A program made the translations under genes and the position numbers. From an uncultured archaeon (GTDB lineage: Archaea; Aenigmatarchaeota; Aenigmatarchaeia; CG10238-14; SCSR01), in assembly GCA_964427055.1 (NCBI GenBank), contig CAYRSQ010000001.1, forward strand, positions 21,250 to 84,013: 62,764 nt of DNA, in the 5' to 3' direction. Of the stretch, positions 1-7,801 are shown in pieces. Below the pieces are notes generated by a model that worked only from the letters and a program-made list of their open reading frames with translations, was not told the origin of the DNA and did no database searches. Position 1 is the first letter of the stretch; every line of letters begins with the position of its first letter.

Positions 1-98
1 AACCATAGACTCAATATACCCCCTACTGCAACTGTAAATGCTACCAGCAAAACAACTGCAATCATTGGGCTTATACCTTTTGCACTCATGTCCATCAT
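1..98 (-). CDS. archaeal type IV pilin-like protein, N-terminal fragment (gene runs off the left edge of the window)
   Basis: Reverse-complement translation from the ATG at 98 gives MMDMSAKGISPMIAVVLLVAFTVAVGGILSLW. This is a class III (prepilin-type) signal peptide: K-G/I-S-P followed by a hydrophobic helix. It is nearly identical to the N-terminus of 362..793. Confidence 0.7.
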   Translation of the reverse strand, partial: MMDMSAKGISPMIAVVLLVAFTVAVGGILSLW

Positions 99-118
99 TT
101 ATTAATTACGCTCTTTGG

Positions 119-133
119 TTTAAATATATTTTA
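119..133 (-). promoter_or_regulatory. putative TATA-box region for the truncated pilin gene (leaderless-type spacing)
   Basis: TTTAAATATATTTTA lies about 25-30 nt upstream of the ATG at 98 on the minus strand. An equivalent element occurs in repeat copy B. Confidence 0.3.
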
Positions 134-144
134 AGCTAACAAAA

Positions 145-180
145 CTATTCGCCATTCTTAGAAGTAACAACGTCTATTTC
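145..180 (-). pseudogene. duplicated 3'-terminal fragment of rps27ae (stop codon plus last 11 codons)
   Basis: 36/36 nt identical to 840..875, which is the authentic 3' end of rps27ae (EIDVVTSKNGE*). Similarity stops abruptly at 181. Confidence 0.6.
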
Positions 181-200
181 AAATAAAGTTAGCGAAAGTA

Positions 201-320
201 ATGAAAGTTAGAGCCGCTCCCAGATGGGCTGATATAAAAAAATTCGGCCTGAAGAGAGCCAAGACTAGGAGAATCGAATCTAACAAGAAGAGATGGAGAA
301 GAACTACCGTTAAAGTTTAG
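201..320 (+). CDS. 39-aa basic protein, possibly a shortened ribosomal protein L39e-like
   Basis: ATG at 201, TAG at 318-320. Translation is MKVRAAPRWADIKKFGLKRAKTRRIESNKKRWRRTTVKV. The C-terminal RWRRTxVKV and the KKFxLxRAK segment resemble archaeal L39e as I remember it, but about 12 central residues are missing. Below the ORF-track cutoff. Confidence 0.35.
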   Translation: MKVRAAPRWADIKKFGLKRAKTRRIESNKKRWRRTTVKV

Positions 321-361
321 ACTAAATGACTTCTAAAATCAAAAATAAAGAAAAATGGAAT

Positions 362-793
362 TTATGTCCAGCAACTCTGGGTTGACTTGCATTCACCTGT
401 TACTCCTATTCCTCTGCATGTTCCTGTACATATTACGCTAGTGTTAGTATCTTTGCCCCAACTGACACTACTTGTTAATCCCGGCGTGAGTGGGTTAGTT
501 ATGTTTCCTAAATCATATATGGATTTACCTGAAGATGAATAACATAAAAGATTGTTCATATTTTCAGTCCCAGGATTTGTAACAATTACAGCAGTTTCCG
601 TAACCGATAGAATTTTTGGATACGTACCTACGCAAGCAGTCTGATTCTCAGTCGCTGTCTGCACAGATCCTGTAGTAGTAGTTACGTAATTAGTCAACCA
701 TAGACTCAATATACCCCCTACTGCAACTGTAAATGCTACCAGCAAAACAATTGCAATCATTGGGCTTATACCTTTTGCACTCATGTTCGTCAT
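362..793 (-). CDS. archaeal type IV pilin-like protein (class III signal peptide, Cys-rich C-terminal domain)
   Basis: N-terminus MTNMSAKG/ISPMIAIVLLVAFTVAVGGIL. Six Cys in the mature domain. Several N-x-S/T sequons. Confidence 0.8.
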   Translation of the reverse strand: MTNMSAKGISPMIAIVLLVAFTVAVGGILSLWLTNYVTTTTGSVQTATENQTACVGTYPKILSVTETAVIVTNPGTENMNNLLCYSSSGKSIYDLGNITNPLTPGLTSSVSWGKDTNTSVICTGTCRGIGVTGECKSTQSCWT

Positions 794-875
794 CTATTAA
801 TTATGTTTTTTGGTTTAAATGTATTTTAAACTAACAAAACTATTCGCCATTCTTAGAAGTAACAACGTCTATTTC
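696..875. repeat. direct repeat copy B (partner of 1..180)
   Basis: See copy A. Covers the first 98 nt of the pilin gene 362..793, the intergenic promoter region and the last 36 nt of rps27ae. Confidence 0.9.
814..828 (-). promoter_or_regulatory. putative TATA-box region for pilin gene 362..793
   Basis: TTTAAATGTATTTTA lies about 25-30 nt upstream of the ATG at 793 (minus strand). Confidence 0.3.
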
Positions 876-1040
876 TTGTTTCTTCCAAACAGTCATTCCA
901 CATTTGCCGCAATAAAATCTGTCACCGTGCTCAGCCATAAATACACCATCACCACATCTGTCGCAAACCTTTTTCACTCGTTCTGCTTTCCCATCAGACA
1001 CTTCGTAATGTTCACTCGCTTTCTGATACTTGTGTTTCAT
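840..1040 (-). CDS. rps27ae: 30S ribosomal protein S27ae
   Basis: 66 aa with a C4 zinc ribbon (CDRCG...CGKCG). Sits in the typical position downstream of rps24e. Confidence 0.9.
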   Translation of the reverse strand: MKHKYQKASEHYEVSDGKAERVKKVCDRCGDGVFMAEHGDRFYCGKCGMTVWKKQEIDVVTSKNGE

Positions 1041-1317
1041 CGGATTTCAACTCTTCTTTGTCTTCTGTACTCTTTATCATTTCAACTGGTTTTTCGTTCA
1101 AGATTTTAGCTTTGACGCTGGATTCACTCAATCCTTTCTTGGTAAGGATGTAATCTATAACTACTTGGCTTTCGTCAACGTTGAACTTGCTTGCTAATTC
1201 TTTGGATACATCCTCAGTTTTAGGAGTCGGTTCAGATTTATGAACGACAGTTAGAACTAAATCCTTCCTTTTAAAAAATGGGTTCTCTTTTTCTTTCAAT
1301 ACCTTAATTTCCATCAA
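1012..1317 (-). CDS. rps24e: 30S ribosomal protein S24e
   Basis: N-terminus MEIKVLKEKENPFFKRKDLVL... is typical of S24e. Overlaps rps27ae by 29 nt, as in the conserved operon. Confidence 0.85.
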   Translation of the reverse strand: MMEIKVLKEKENPFFKRKDLVLTVVHKSEPTPKTEDVSKELASKFNVDESQVVIDYILTKKGLSESSVKAKILNEKPVEMIKSTEDKEELKSDETQVSESE

Positions 1318-1356
1318 TTACACCTTCCACAATCTTTCTATCTGAAACATAAAAAG

Positions 1357-1554
1357 TTAACCTACATACAGTGCGTACTTGCCGTTTTCTGTTATTTCCA
1401 AAGACTTGGCGACTTCGCTATCGGGGTTCAATATAACGACAACTCCCTTCCAACTTGTAGACAAATCAGTGGATTTGCATACAGGGCACACTTTCTCAGT
1501 CGTGAACCTTCTGCAGTTCCTGCATGCTTGAACCCTTCTCGCCATATCATACAA
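1357..1554 (-). CDS. spt4: transcription elongation factor Spt4 (RpoE'')
   Basis: 65 aa with a Zn-ribbon (CRNC...CPVC). Lies immediately downstream of rpo7. Confidence 0.85.
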   Translation of the reverse strand: MYDMARRVQACRNCRRFTTEKVCPVCKSTDLSTSWKGVVVILNPDSEVAKSLEITENGKYALYVG

Positions 1555-1557
1555 CCT

Positions 1558-2133
1558 TTATCCTTTCTTTTCGGTCTTTCCTGTTTTCTTCCTCTTCTTG
1601 TCTTCATCTATCCAGGATATCGCACCTAATCCGGCTTGCCTCATTGTCAATCCTACCTTATTGTCTCCCTTTCCTAGGCTCACGGATATGACCCTAATCC
1701 TGACAAGATCCCCTTCCTTTAGTGTCCTTTTGCTTTCCTTGCCCAAAAACACCGAATTCTTGTCGTCGAAGCTGACGAAATCATCCATTATCTGCGAAAT
1801 ATGAACCAAACCATCCATAGGGCCCATTCTCACAAAACATCCGAATTCCGTATTGTCTATGACTTCCCCTTCAGCTATCTCGTGAATCTCTGGTTTGTAA
1901 GTTAGGAGATTGAATTCGCAGTCATAATAAACACCTGGATCGTTGGCCTCTATCTTGCCTTCCCCTATTTTGTCTATTCCAGTAACAGAGAGGATGACTC
2001 CTAGTCTGGCACTGATGACTCCTTCCAGCTGGTCCTCTATGGCCGACTCAAGCGCCTTTTTTACGTCCGTACCAAGCTTCTCAGGGGGCACTCTGATTCT
2101 GTCTTCTATGGTAGCTATCCTATACAAATTCAC
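1558..2133 (-). CDS. rpo7: DNA-directed RNA polymerase subunit E' (Rpo7) with S1 domain
   Basis: N-terminus MNLYRIATIEDRIRVPPEKLG, followed by an S1-like segment EGEVIDNTEFGCFVRMGPMDGLVHISQ. Confidence 0.9.
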   Translation of the reverse strand: MNLYRIATIEDRIRVPPEKLGTDVKKALESAIEDQLEGVISARLGVILSVTGIDKIGEGKIEANDPGVYYDCEFNLLTYKPEIHEIAEGEVIDNTEFGCFVRMGPMDGLVHISQIMDDFVSFDDKNSVFLGKESKRTLKEGDLVRIRVISVSLGKGDNKVGLTMRQAGLGAISWIDEDKKRKKTGKTEKKG

Positions 2134-2690
2134 ACCTCTCTTGTCTTCTTATAGAGTTCAATCGCATATTTTATTATCTCTTTCGCTTCTTTTGAGCTTT
2201 TCCATGACTTGAACTTAGACCATTTGTTGGGTTCTAACCTTTTGTAAGTTTCGAAAAACTCCTTTATTTCCTTTAATTTATGTTCCTGCACATCTTTAAT
2301 ATCTTTTATATCGACCGTCCTCGGGTCTTCGTCTATAACCGCAAGTATCTTAGAATCTTTACCTTTCTCGTCCTCGAACTCCAGAGCTCCTATCGGTCTG
2401 ACCTTTACGACACATCCTATGTGCAAAGGTTCCTGACTGATTATCATGATATCCAATGGGTCATTGTCGTCATACCATGTCTGAGGCACGAATCCGTACT
2501 CTACCGGAAACGTTACAGAAGAGTAAAGCATCCTGTCCAGTACAAAGCATTCGTGCTGCTCATTATATTCATATTTGTCCCGTGTCCCGCTTTCCACTTC
2601 TATGATGGCGTTCACCTTGTCCGGAGCTTCTTCGCCTACGGGTATGTCACGAACCATATTCATAAAATCACTCAATGATTGCAAATTCAA
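2130..2690 (-). CDS. ppa: inorganic pyrophosphatase (family I)
   Basis: Family I motifs are present: NAIIEVESGTRDKYEY, YGFVPQT, DPLD and DxKILAV. Confidence 0.9.
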   Translation of the reverse strand: MNLQSLSDFMNMVRDIPVGEEAPDKVNAIIEVESGTRDKYEYNEQHECFVLDRMLYSSVTFPVEYGFVPQTWYDDNDPLDIMIISQEPLHIGCVVKVRPIGALEFEDEKGKDSKILAVIDEDPRTVDIKDIKDVQEHKLKEIKEFFETYKRLEPNKWSKFKSWKSSKEAKEIIKYAIELYKKTREV

Positions 2691-2696
2691 ATTTAG

Positions 2697-3107
2697 TCAA
2701 TCGGATATCTCTAAATGTTTTCTTGCTCTTAAATAAATTACTCTCACTCCCATTCCTTTTGCCTTTTTCCTAAGTCTGGAATCATTTGTAGCCAAAATGA
2801 CATCTCTTTTCTCGCTTTTCTTCACCTTTTCCGAAAGGAACGATAATATGGCATCGTCAGCATTGCTTCCAGGCATGTCTAATATGGATATGCGTTCCGA
2901 GTCTATGTATTTCAGGCTCAATTTTGCATACATTAGATTCAGCTTTTCAAGTTCCTTTATTGACTGTCCCACTATGACCAGTTTTGGTTTACTTCCCACT
3001 GTCTCTGATATCCTTTCCATCCCTATACCGAACCTGAATATGTCTACCAGAAAATTGGTGTCTATCAAGACAATCGGCATTTTTATTGTTTTCTCCATAC
3101 AAATCAT
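2697..3107 (-). CDS. PIN-domain protein (Fcf1/COG1412-like) of the aIF2gamma-Rpo7 cluster
   Basis: Contains VLIDTNFLVD and LATNDxxLRKKAK motifs. The ORF-track start at 3221 would overlap the divergent pilin gene, so internal starts at 3107, 3098 or 3080 are more plausible. Confidence 0.7.
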   Translation of the reverse strand: MICMEKTIKMPIVLIDTNFLVDIFRFGIGMERISETVGSKPKLVIVGQSIKELEKLNLMYAKLSLKYIDSERISILDMPGSNADDAILSFLSEKVKKSEKRDVILATNDSRLRKKAKGMGVRVIYLRARKHLEISD

Positions 3108-3171
3108 ACGTTGAACTCTTAGTAAATATTTATATTGAGGAAAGAAAATTAAAGTAAGGTGAATCTTCAAA

Positions 3172-3549
3172 ATGAAAGGAATATCAACAGTAATAGCTAC
3201 GATATTAATGTTATTGATCACCGTTGGTATGGCTGGATTGGCCTACATGTACATTTCAGGAATGTTCACATCTAGGACTGCTCAAACCATAAGCCTTTCG
3301 TCAGCCGATTGCGCTGGAGGAGACATAAATATCTTAGTTAAAAATGATGGTACTGAAAACATAGATACCACGGCTATAGATATTTACGTTGATGGCGGAA
3401 ATGCGTATGACTGTAAAGGTGCAGGAAATACAACGACTGCTGGTGGAACTACGTTCTGTGATTCTATAGCAGCTAGCCAAGGAACGCATACAGTTCAAAT
3501 AGTCGGCCCTTCGAATTCGATAAGTGGTCCGGTCTATTGCGCAGCATAA
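3172..3549 (+). CDS. archaeal type IV pilin-like protein
   Basis: MKG/ISTVIATILMLLITVGMAGLAY is a class III signal peptide. Four Cys in the 125-aa protein. Confidence 0.8.
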   Translation: MKGISTVIATILMLLITVGMAGLAYMYISGMFTSRTAQTISLSSADCAGGDINILVKNDGTENIDTTAIDIYVDGGNAYDCKGAGNTTTAGGTTFCDSIAASQGTHTVQIVGPSNSISGPVYCAA

Positions 3550-3554
3550 AAGGA

Positions 3555-4910
3555 TCAAGCAACTATACCGTAGCCTATCAGTCGCCAACGACCAGAGACT
3601 TGCCTAGATATGACAACTCTTTCTCTTTTTTCAACACATACTGGTAGCTTTAGGATTAGTCTGACTGATTTTCCTATCTTTTCCACGGACCCGACGGACC
3701 TTGCTGTTCCTATGCTTATCATCAGATTCTCCCCGGGTCTAATCGGTTTCACGTTTTCCATTTCTTCCAAACCGACTACCCTTTCCAAGAGGCTGACTTC
3801 TATGTCTATTTCATTGACTGCATCGGATAATTTACCCGGATGGCCGGCAATGTTTCCCACCAATATATCTGATTTTGTCAACGACGGATCGAGTCCTGTC
3901 ATCACTCCGAGCAACCCTCCAGGACCAGCTTCTTCCAGATCGAGACCAGCTTTCTGAAGGCCTAGAACCTTGGTCTTCAACGGAGAATAAGAACCACTAT
4001 CTTTCCTGTAACCGGGTCTTATCTCTATCTCGTCTCCCACTTTCAGTTTTCCTTGGATTATACTCCCACCCAAGACACCTCCCTTCAGTTTCTTGGGTCT
4101 AGTTCCTGGCTTGTTTATATCGAAGCTCCTGGCCATCAATAGCTTGGGGTCATCGCCTTCGACATCAGCGGCATGATCAGGTATTATATCCTGTATAAAT
4201 TCTAACAACTTATCTACGTTGATGTTCTTCTGTGCGGATATGGGAACTATCGGGGCGTTCTCGATTATGGTATCTCTTATGAATCCCTTGATTTCGTCGT
4301 AGTTTTTCATCGCCTCTTCCTCGTCTACTAGGTCTATCTTGTTCTGTACTATAATGACATTTTTGATTCCAGCAACCTCCAGCGCCGTGAGGTGTTCCCT
4401 GGTTTGTGGTTGGGGACATTTTTCATTCGCGGCTATAATCAGAATAGCGCCGTCCATTAGGCTGGTCCCAGTCAGTACTGTAGCCATAAGAGTCTCGTGC
4501 CCTGGTGCGTCTATAAGACTTACTGTTCTCTGGAGTTCGCCGTCCTCAAAACATGCTTGGCACTTCTCCGATACGGAATATTTTCCACACTTAGGACATT
4601 TGTAAATTCTGGCATCGGCGTATCCCAACCTTATCGTTATCCCTCTTTTTAGTTCTTCCGAATGAGCAAGGGTAAGCTTCCCAGTGAGAGCCTCGGTCAA
4701 AGTAGTCTTACCGTGAGCGACATGTCCCACCATGCCTATATTTGAGGATGGTACCAGCTTAGTATCTATTTTCTTAGAAGCTTTCTTCTGAGTTTTCTTG
4801 GAGGGAGATTTAGCTGTTATCTTTCTCACCCTTGTCGCTTTCCTTGGACGCAGTTTGTTCATCAGTCTTCCCTTCGGGTTGAGCATCTGTTTTTCCTGTT
4901 CTATCATCAA
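3555..4910 (-). CDS. eif2g: translation initiation factor aIF2 gamma subunit, with a ~55-aa Lys/Arg-rich N-terminal extension
   Basis: G1 motif GHVAHGKTTL, DAPGHE, NKID and a zinc knuckle CPKCG...C..C. The start is uncertain (4910, 4886 or 4862); every option overlaps the rps6e tail. Confidence 0.9.
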   Translation of the reverse strand: MMIEQEKQMLNPKGRLMNKLRPRKATRVRKITAKSPSKKTQKKASKKIDTKLVPSSNIGMVGHVAHGKTTLTEALTGKLTLAHSEELKRGITIRLGYADARIYKCPKCGKYSVSEKCQACFEDGELQRTVSLIDAPGHETLMATVLTGTSLMDGAILIIAANEKCPQPQTREHLTALEVAGIKNVIIVQNKIDLVDEEEAMKNYDEIKGFIRDTIIENAPIVPISAQKNINVDKLLEFIQDIIPDHAADVEGDDPKLLMARSFDINKPGTRPKKLKGGVLGGSIIQGKLKVGDEIEIRPGYRKDSGSYSPLKTKVLGLQKAGLDLEEAGPGGLLGVMTGLDPSLTKSDILVGNIAGHPGKLSDAVNEIDIEVSLLERVVGLEEMENVKPIRPGENLMISIGTARSVGSVEKIGKSVRLILKLPVCVEKRERVVISRQVSGRWRLIGYGIVA

Positions 4911-5268
4911 AACTTTTGTCTCCTTCCTTTACTACCTTAACGTTTATCTGGACTATGGAATCGCTTATTGTGTTACCGCAAACCATTTTCCTTCTCCTTT
5001 TTCCTTTCACTCTAGGATTGTATCCCGGCCTGTCTTTCAGCAAAAGTTTCCTTCGTCCAGTTCCGTTGATGTCAGGATGCATCGGGAAGCCGTCCTTGTC
5101 GGTTCCGCCAGTTATCTGAAGCGTATAACCGCCAAATCCTATCAAATCTCCGTTGAAGTCCTCTCCTACCTTCTTCCCTACCAATCCGACAACTTTGTCC
5201 TGTTCGACATCTATCTGGAAACTCTTCCTAGTTTTCGGGTCGTTGACAACCATCTTGAATATAGCCAT
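4810..5268 (-). CDS. rps6e: 30S ribosomal protein S6e
   Basis: Contains MAIFKMVVNDPKTRKSFQIDV... and GGTDKDGFPM motifs. The acidic/Lys-rich C-terminal tail overlaps the aIF2gamma ORF by up to 101 nt. Confidence 0.85.
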   Translation of the reverse strand: MAIFKMVVNDPKTRKSFQIDVEQDKVVGLVGKKVGEDFNGDLIGFGGYTLQITGGTDKDGFPMHPDINGTGRRKLLLKDRPGYNPRVKGKRRRKMVCGNTISDSIVQINVKVVKEGDKSFDDRTGKTDAQPEGKTDEQTASKESDKGEKDNS

Positions 5269-5366
5269 ACATCATCACCAATTGACTCTAAATTAAATCT
5301 TTAATTATACTTATATTTTTAAATACTTCTTATAAATCGGAAATCCAAAATAGGAATAGTGGTATA

Positions 5367-6494
5367 ATGGTAGGAAAATCCAAGGACGGGTATGTCGTGA
5401 CTCCGTGGGAAGTGAGTGGAAAGGTTGATTATGATAGACTGATAAGGGAGTTTGGTACGAACAAGCTCACTGAACCTCTTCTTGAAAGGATGAAAAAACA
5501 CACTGGAGAACTCCATTACATGCTCAGGAGAAAGATTTTTTTCTCCCACAGGGATTTCGACTGGATATTGGATAAATATGAAGAAGGGGAAAAATTCTTC
5601 CTCTACACTGGCAGAGGACCGAGCGGTAACACTCACCTAGGTCATATGATACCATGGATATTCACGGCATGGCTCCAGAAAAAGTTCGACGTGGAACTGT
5701 ATTTCCAGATGACAGACGACGAAAAACACCTTGTGAAAGACCTGACGACTGATGAGACCACCAGTTTAGCTTATGAGAACGCACTGGATGTACTTGCGTG
5801 CGGAATGAACCCGAAGAAGACCCACATATTTAGCGACCTTGAATACGCCAAAACGATGTACAACGAAGCAATCAAGATATCGAAGAATGTAACGTATTCG
5901 ACCGCAAAAGCGGTTTTTGGATTCAAAGACAGCTCGAACATAGGAATAATATTTTTTCCGGCGATGCAGGCTGTACCATGTTTCCTGCCGTCAATGCTGA
6001 AAGGTAATAACGTTCCATGCCTCATACCGGCAGCGATAGACCAGGATCCATATTGGAGAATTTCCAGAGACGTGGCGCCGAAACTCGGATACTACAAACC
6101 AGCTCAGATACACTCCAAATTCATACCAGGACTTGGACCGGGAGGGAAAATGAGTGCAAGTGACCCGAACTCGGCGATATTCACCACTGACACACCGGAA
6201 CAGATAGAAAAGAAAGTTATGAATGCTTTCACCGGGCAACAGCCGACGGCCAAGCTGCAGAAAGAATTGGGAGGCAATCCAGATATATGCAACATATGCC
6301 AGTACTATTATTTTCTGTTTGAGCAAGATGATAAGAAACTGATGGAAATATTCGAAGGTGAGAGGAATGGAACACTTCTGGCAGGTGAACACAAGGCCGA
6401 CTTGTCTGAACGAATAAAGAATTTCATATCGGACCACCAGAAGAAAAGGGAAAAGGCTAGGAAAGTCGTGGACAAAGTAATGTTAAAAGACTGA
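5367..6494 (+). CDS. trpS: tryptophan--tRNA ligase (archaeal/eukaryotic type)
   Basis: VTPWEV start, the HIGH-type motif GRGPSGNTHLGH, and KMSAS. Confidence 0.85.
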   Translation: MVGKSKDGYVVTPWEVSGKVDYDRLIREFGTNKLTEPLLERMKKHTGELHYMLRRKIFFSHRDFDWILDKYEEGEKFFLYTGRGPSGNTHLGHMIPWIFTAWLQKKFDVELYFQMTDDEKHLVKDLTTDETTSLAYENALDVLACGMNPKKTHIFSDLEYAKTMYNEAIKISKNVTYSTAKAVFGFKDSSNIGIIFFPAMQAVPCFLPSMLKGNNVPCLIPAAIDQDPYWRISRDVAPKLGYYKPAQIHSKFIPGLGPGGKMSASDPNSAIFTTDTPEQIEKKVMNAFTGQQPTAKLQKELGGNPDICNICQYYYFLFEQDDKKLMEIFEGERNGTLLAGEHKADLSERIKNFISDHQKKREKARKVVDKVMLKD

Positions 6495-6523
6495 AAACCG
6501 AATACATTATTCAAACCGAAAGT

Positions 6524-7792
6524 TTGATATGTGATTTAATGGAAAAAAAATATTTTTTGACTGACGAGGGGGAAAAATACCTTGAATCCGATTTTCCCGA
6601 GAAGAACCTTATCGAAACCGTGAAGAATGGCATAACCGACATGAACATCGTCAGGGAAAAGATAGACAATTTTAACATAGCACTACAGTGGGCCAAGAAG
6701 AACGGATGGATAGAAATTCGGAAAGGAGAAATCGAACTCGTTGAATATCCAGAATCGTTTCCTGACATGAAATCATTGGAGAAAGTCGCAAGGGGCGAAG
6801 CCGTAGACAATCTGGCCCTGGAGAGGCTCATATTCAGAAAGTTAGTGAAAATCGAGAGCATAGCCATGAAAGAGGCGAAGAAACTCGTCGGTAAAGAAGT
6901 GGCTGAATTGACTCCGGAACTCATCAAAACAGGCATATGGAAGAAAGTCAAATTCAAACCGTACAATGTGGAGGTTGCGGGGAAAAAGATATATCCGGGA
7001 AAACTTCACATACTCAGCGTATTCGAGCAAAAAATAAGAAGAATTTATCTTGACTTGGGATTCACTGAAGCCGAAGGCCCTTTCATCGAGTCTAGTTTCT
7101 GGAACTTCGATGCACTGTTCCAGCCACAGGACCATCCTGCAAGAGACCTAGCGGACACATTCTATATGAAGACTCCATCAGAAGCTAAGATACCGTCCAA
7201 ACTCGCAGACAAAGTCAAGGATGTGCACGAGACTGGAGCAGACACCGGTTCCCTCGGATGGAGGTACAAATGGTCCAAAGAAGTTTCCAAGAAGAACGTA
7301 CTGAGGACTCACACAACGGCAGTGTCCGTCAGAGAACTCTCCAAACTCGAACCCCCCGCCAAGAGGTTCTGCATAGGAAGAGTCTATAGAAACGAGACCA
7401 TAGACTATAAGCATCTACCGGAATTCGTCCAGGTGGATGGAATAGTTGTCGACGAGAATGTCACGTTCAAAAATCTGTTGGGATATCTTAAAGAGTTCTA
7501 CAGAAGGTTAGGCTTCAAGAAAATAAGGTTCACACCATCCTTTTTCCCGTACACTGAAATGAGCACTCAGATTGAAGTTTATTTTGAAGAAAAGAAAGAG
7601 TGGCTTGAACTGGGAGGTTCTGGTATATTTAGACCTGAAGTCACCGAGCCGCTGGGGATAAAGGCTCCTGTCCTTGCATGGGGACTAGGATTTGAGAGAC
7701 CTATAGTGCTTAAACTGGGCCTGAATGACATAAGGAACTTCTATTACAGGAACGATTTGAAAATGTTGAGAGAGGTAAATCTTTTCCAGTAA
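6524..7792 (+). CDS. pheS: phenylalanine--tRNA ligase alpha subunit
   Basis: Class II core motifs: FQPQDHPARD, LRTHTT, GRVYRNE, GSGIFRPEV and AWGLGFERP. An alternative start exists at 6539. Confidence 0.9.
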   Translation: MICDLMEKKYFLTDEGEKYLESDFPEKNLIETVKNGITDMNIVREKIDNFNIALQWAKKNGWIEIRKGEIELVEYPESFPDMKSLEKVARGEAVDNLALERLIFRKLVKIESIAMKEAKKLVGKEVAELTPELIKTGIWKKVKFKPYNVEVAGKKIYPGKLHILSVFEQKIRRIYLDLGFTEAEGPFIESSFWNFDALFQPQDHPARDLADTFYMKTPSEAKIPSKLADKVKDVHETGADTGSLGWRYKWSKEVSKKNVLRTHTTAVSVRELSKLEPPAKRFCIGRVYRNETIDYKHLPEFVQVDGIVVDENVTFKNLLGYLKEFYRRLGFKKIRFTPSFFPYTEMSTQIEVYFEEKKEWLELGGSGIFRPEVTEPLGIKAPVLAWGLGFERPIVLKLGLNDIRNFYYRNDLKMLREVNLFQ

Positions 7793-7801
7793 GTGATATA
7801 C

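Larger units (their letters stand above)
1..180. repeat. direct repeat copy A (pilin N-terminus + promoter region + rps27ae 3' fragment)
   Basis: Manual alignment to 696..875 gives 171/180 identical positions, with mismatches at repeat positions 56, 92, 94, 99, 109, 111, 113, 126 and 135. The last 45 nt are identical. The copy may extend further left, beyond the window. Confidence 0.9.

Noticed and set aside
819-1109. 96-aa + strand ORF across rps27ae/rps24e.
   Set aside because: It is antisense to two well-supported ribosomal protein genes and has hydrophobic low-complexity composition.
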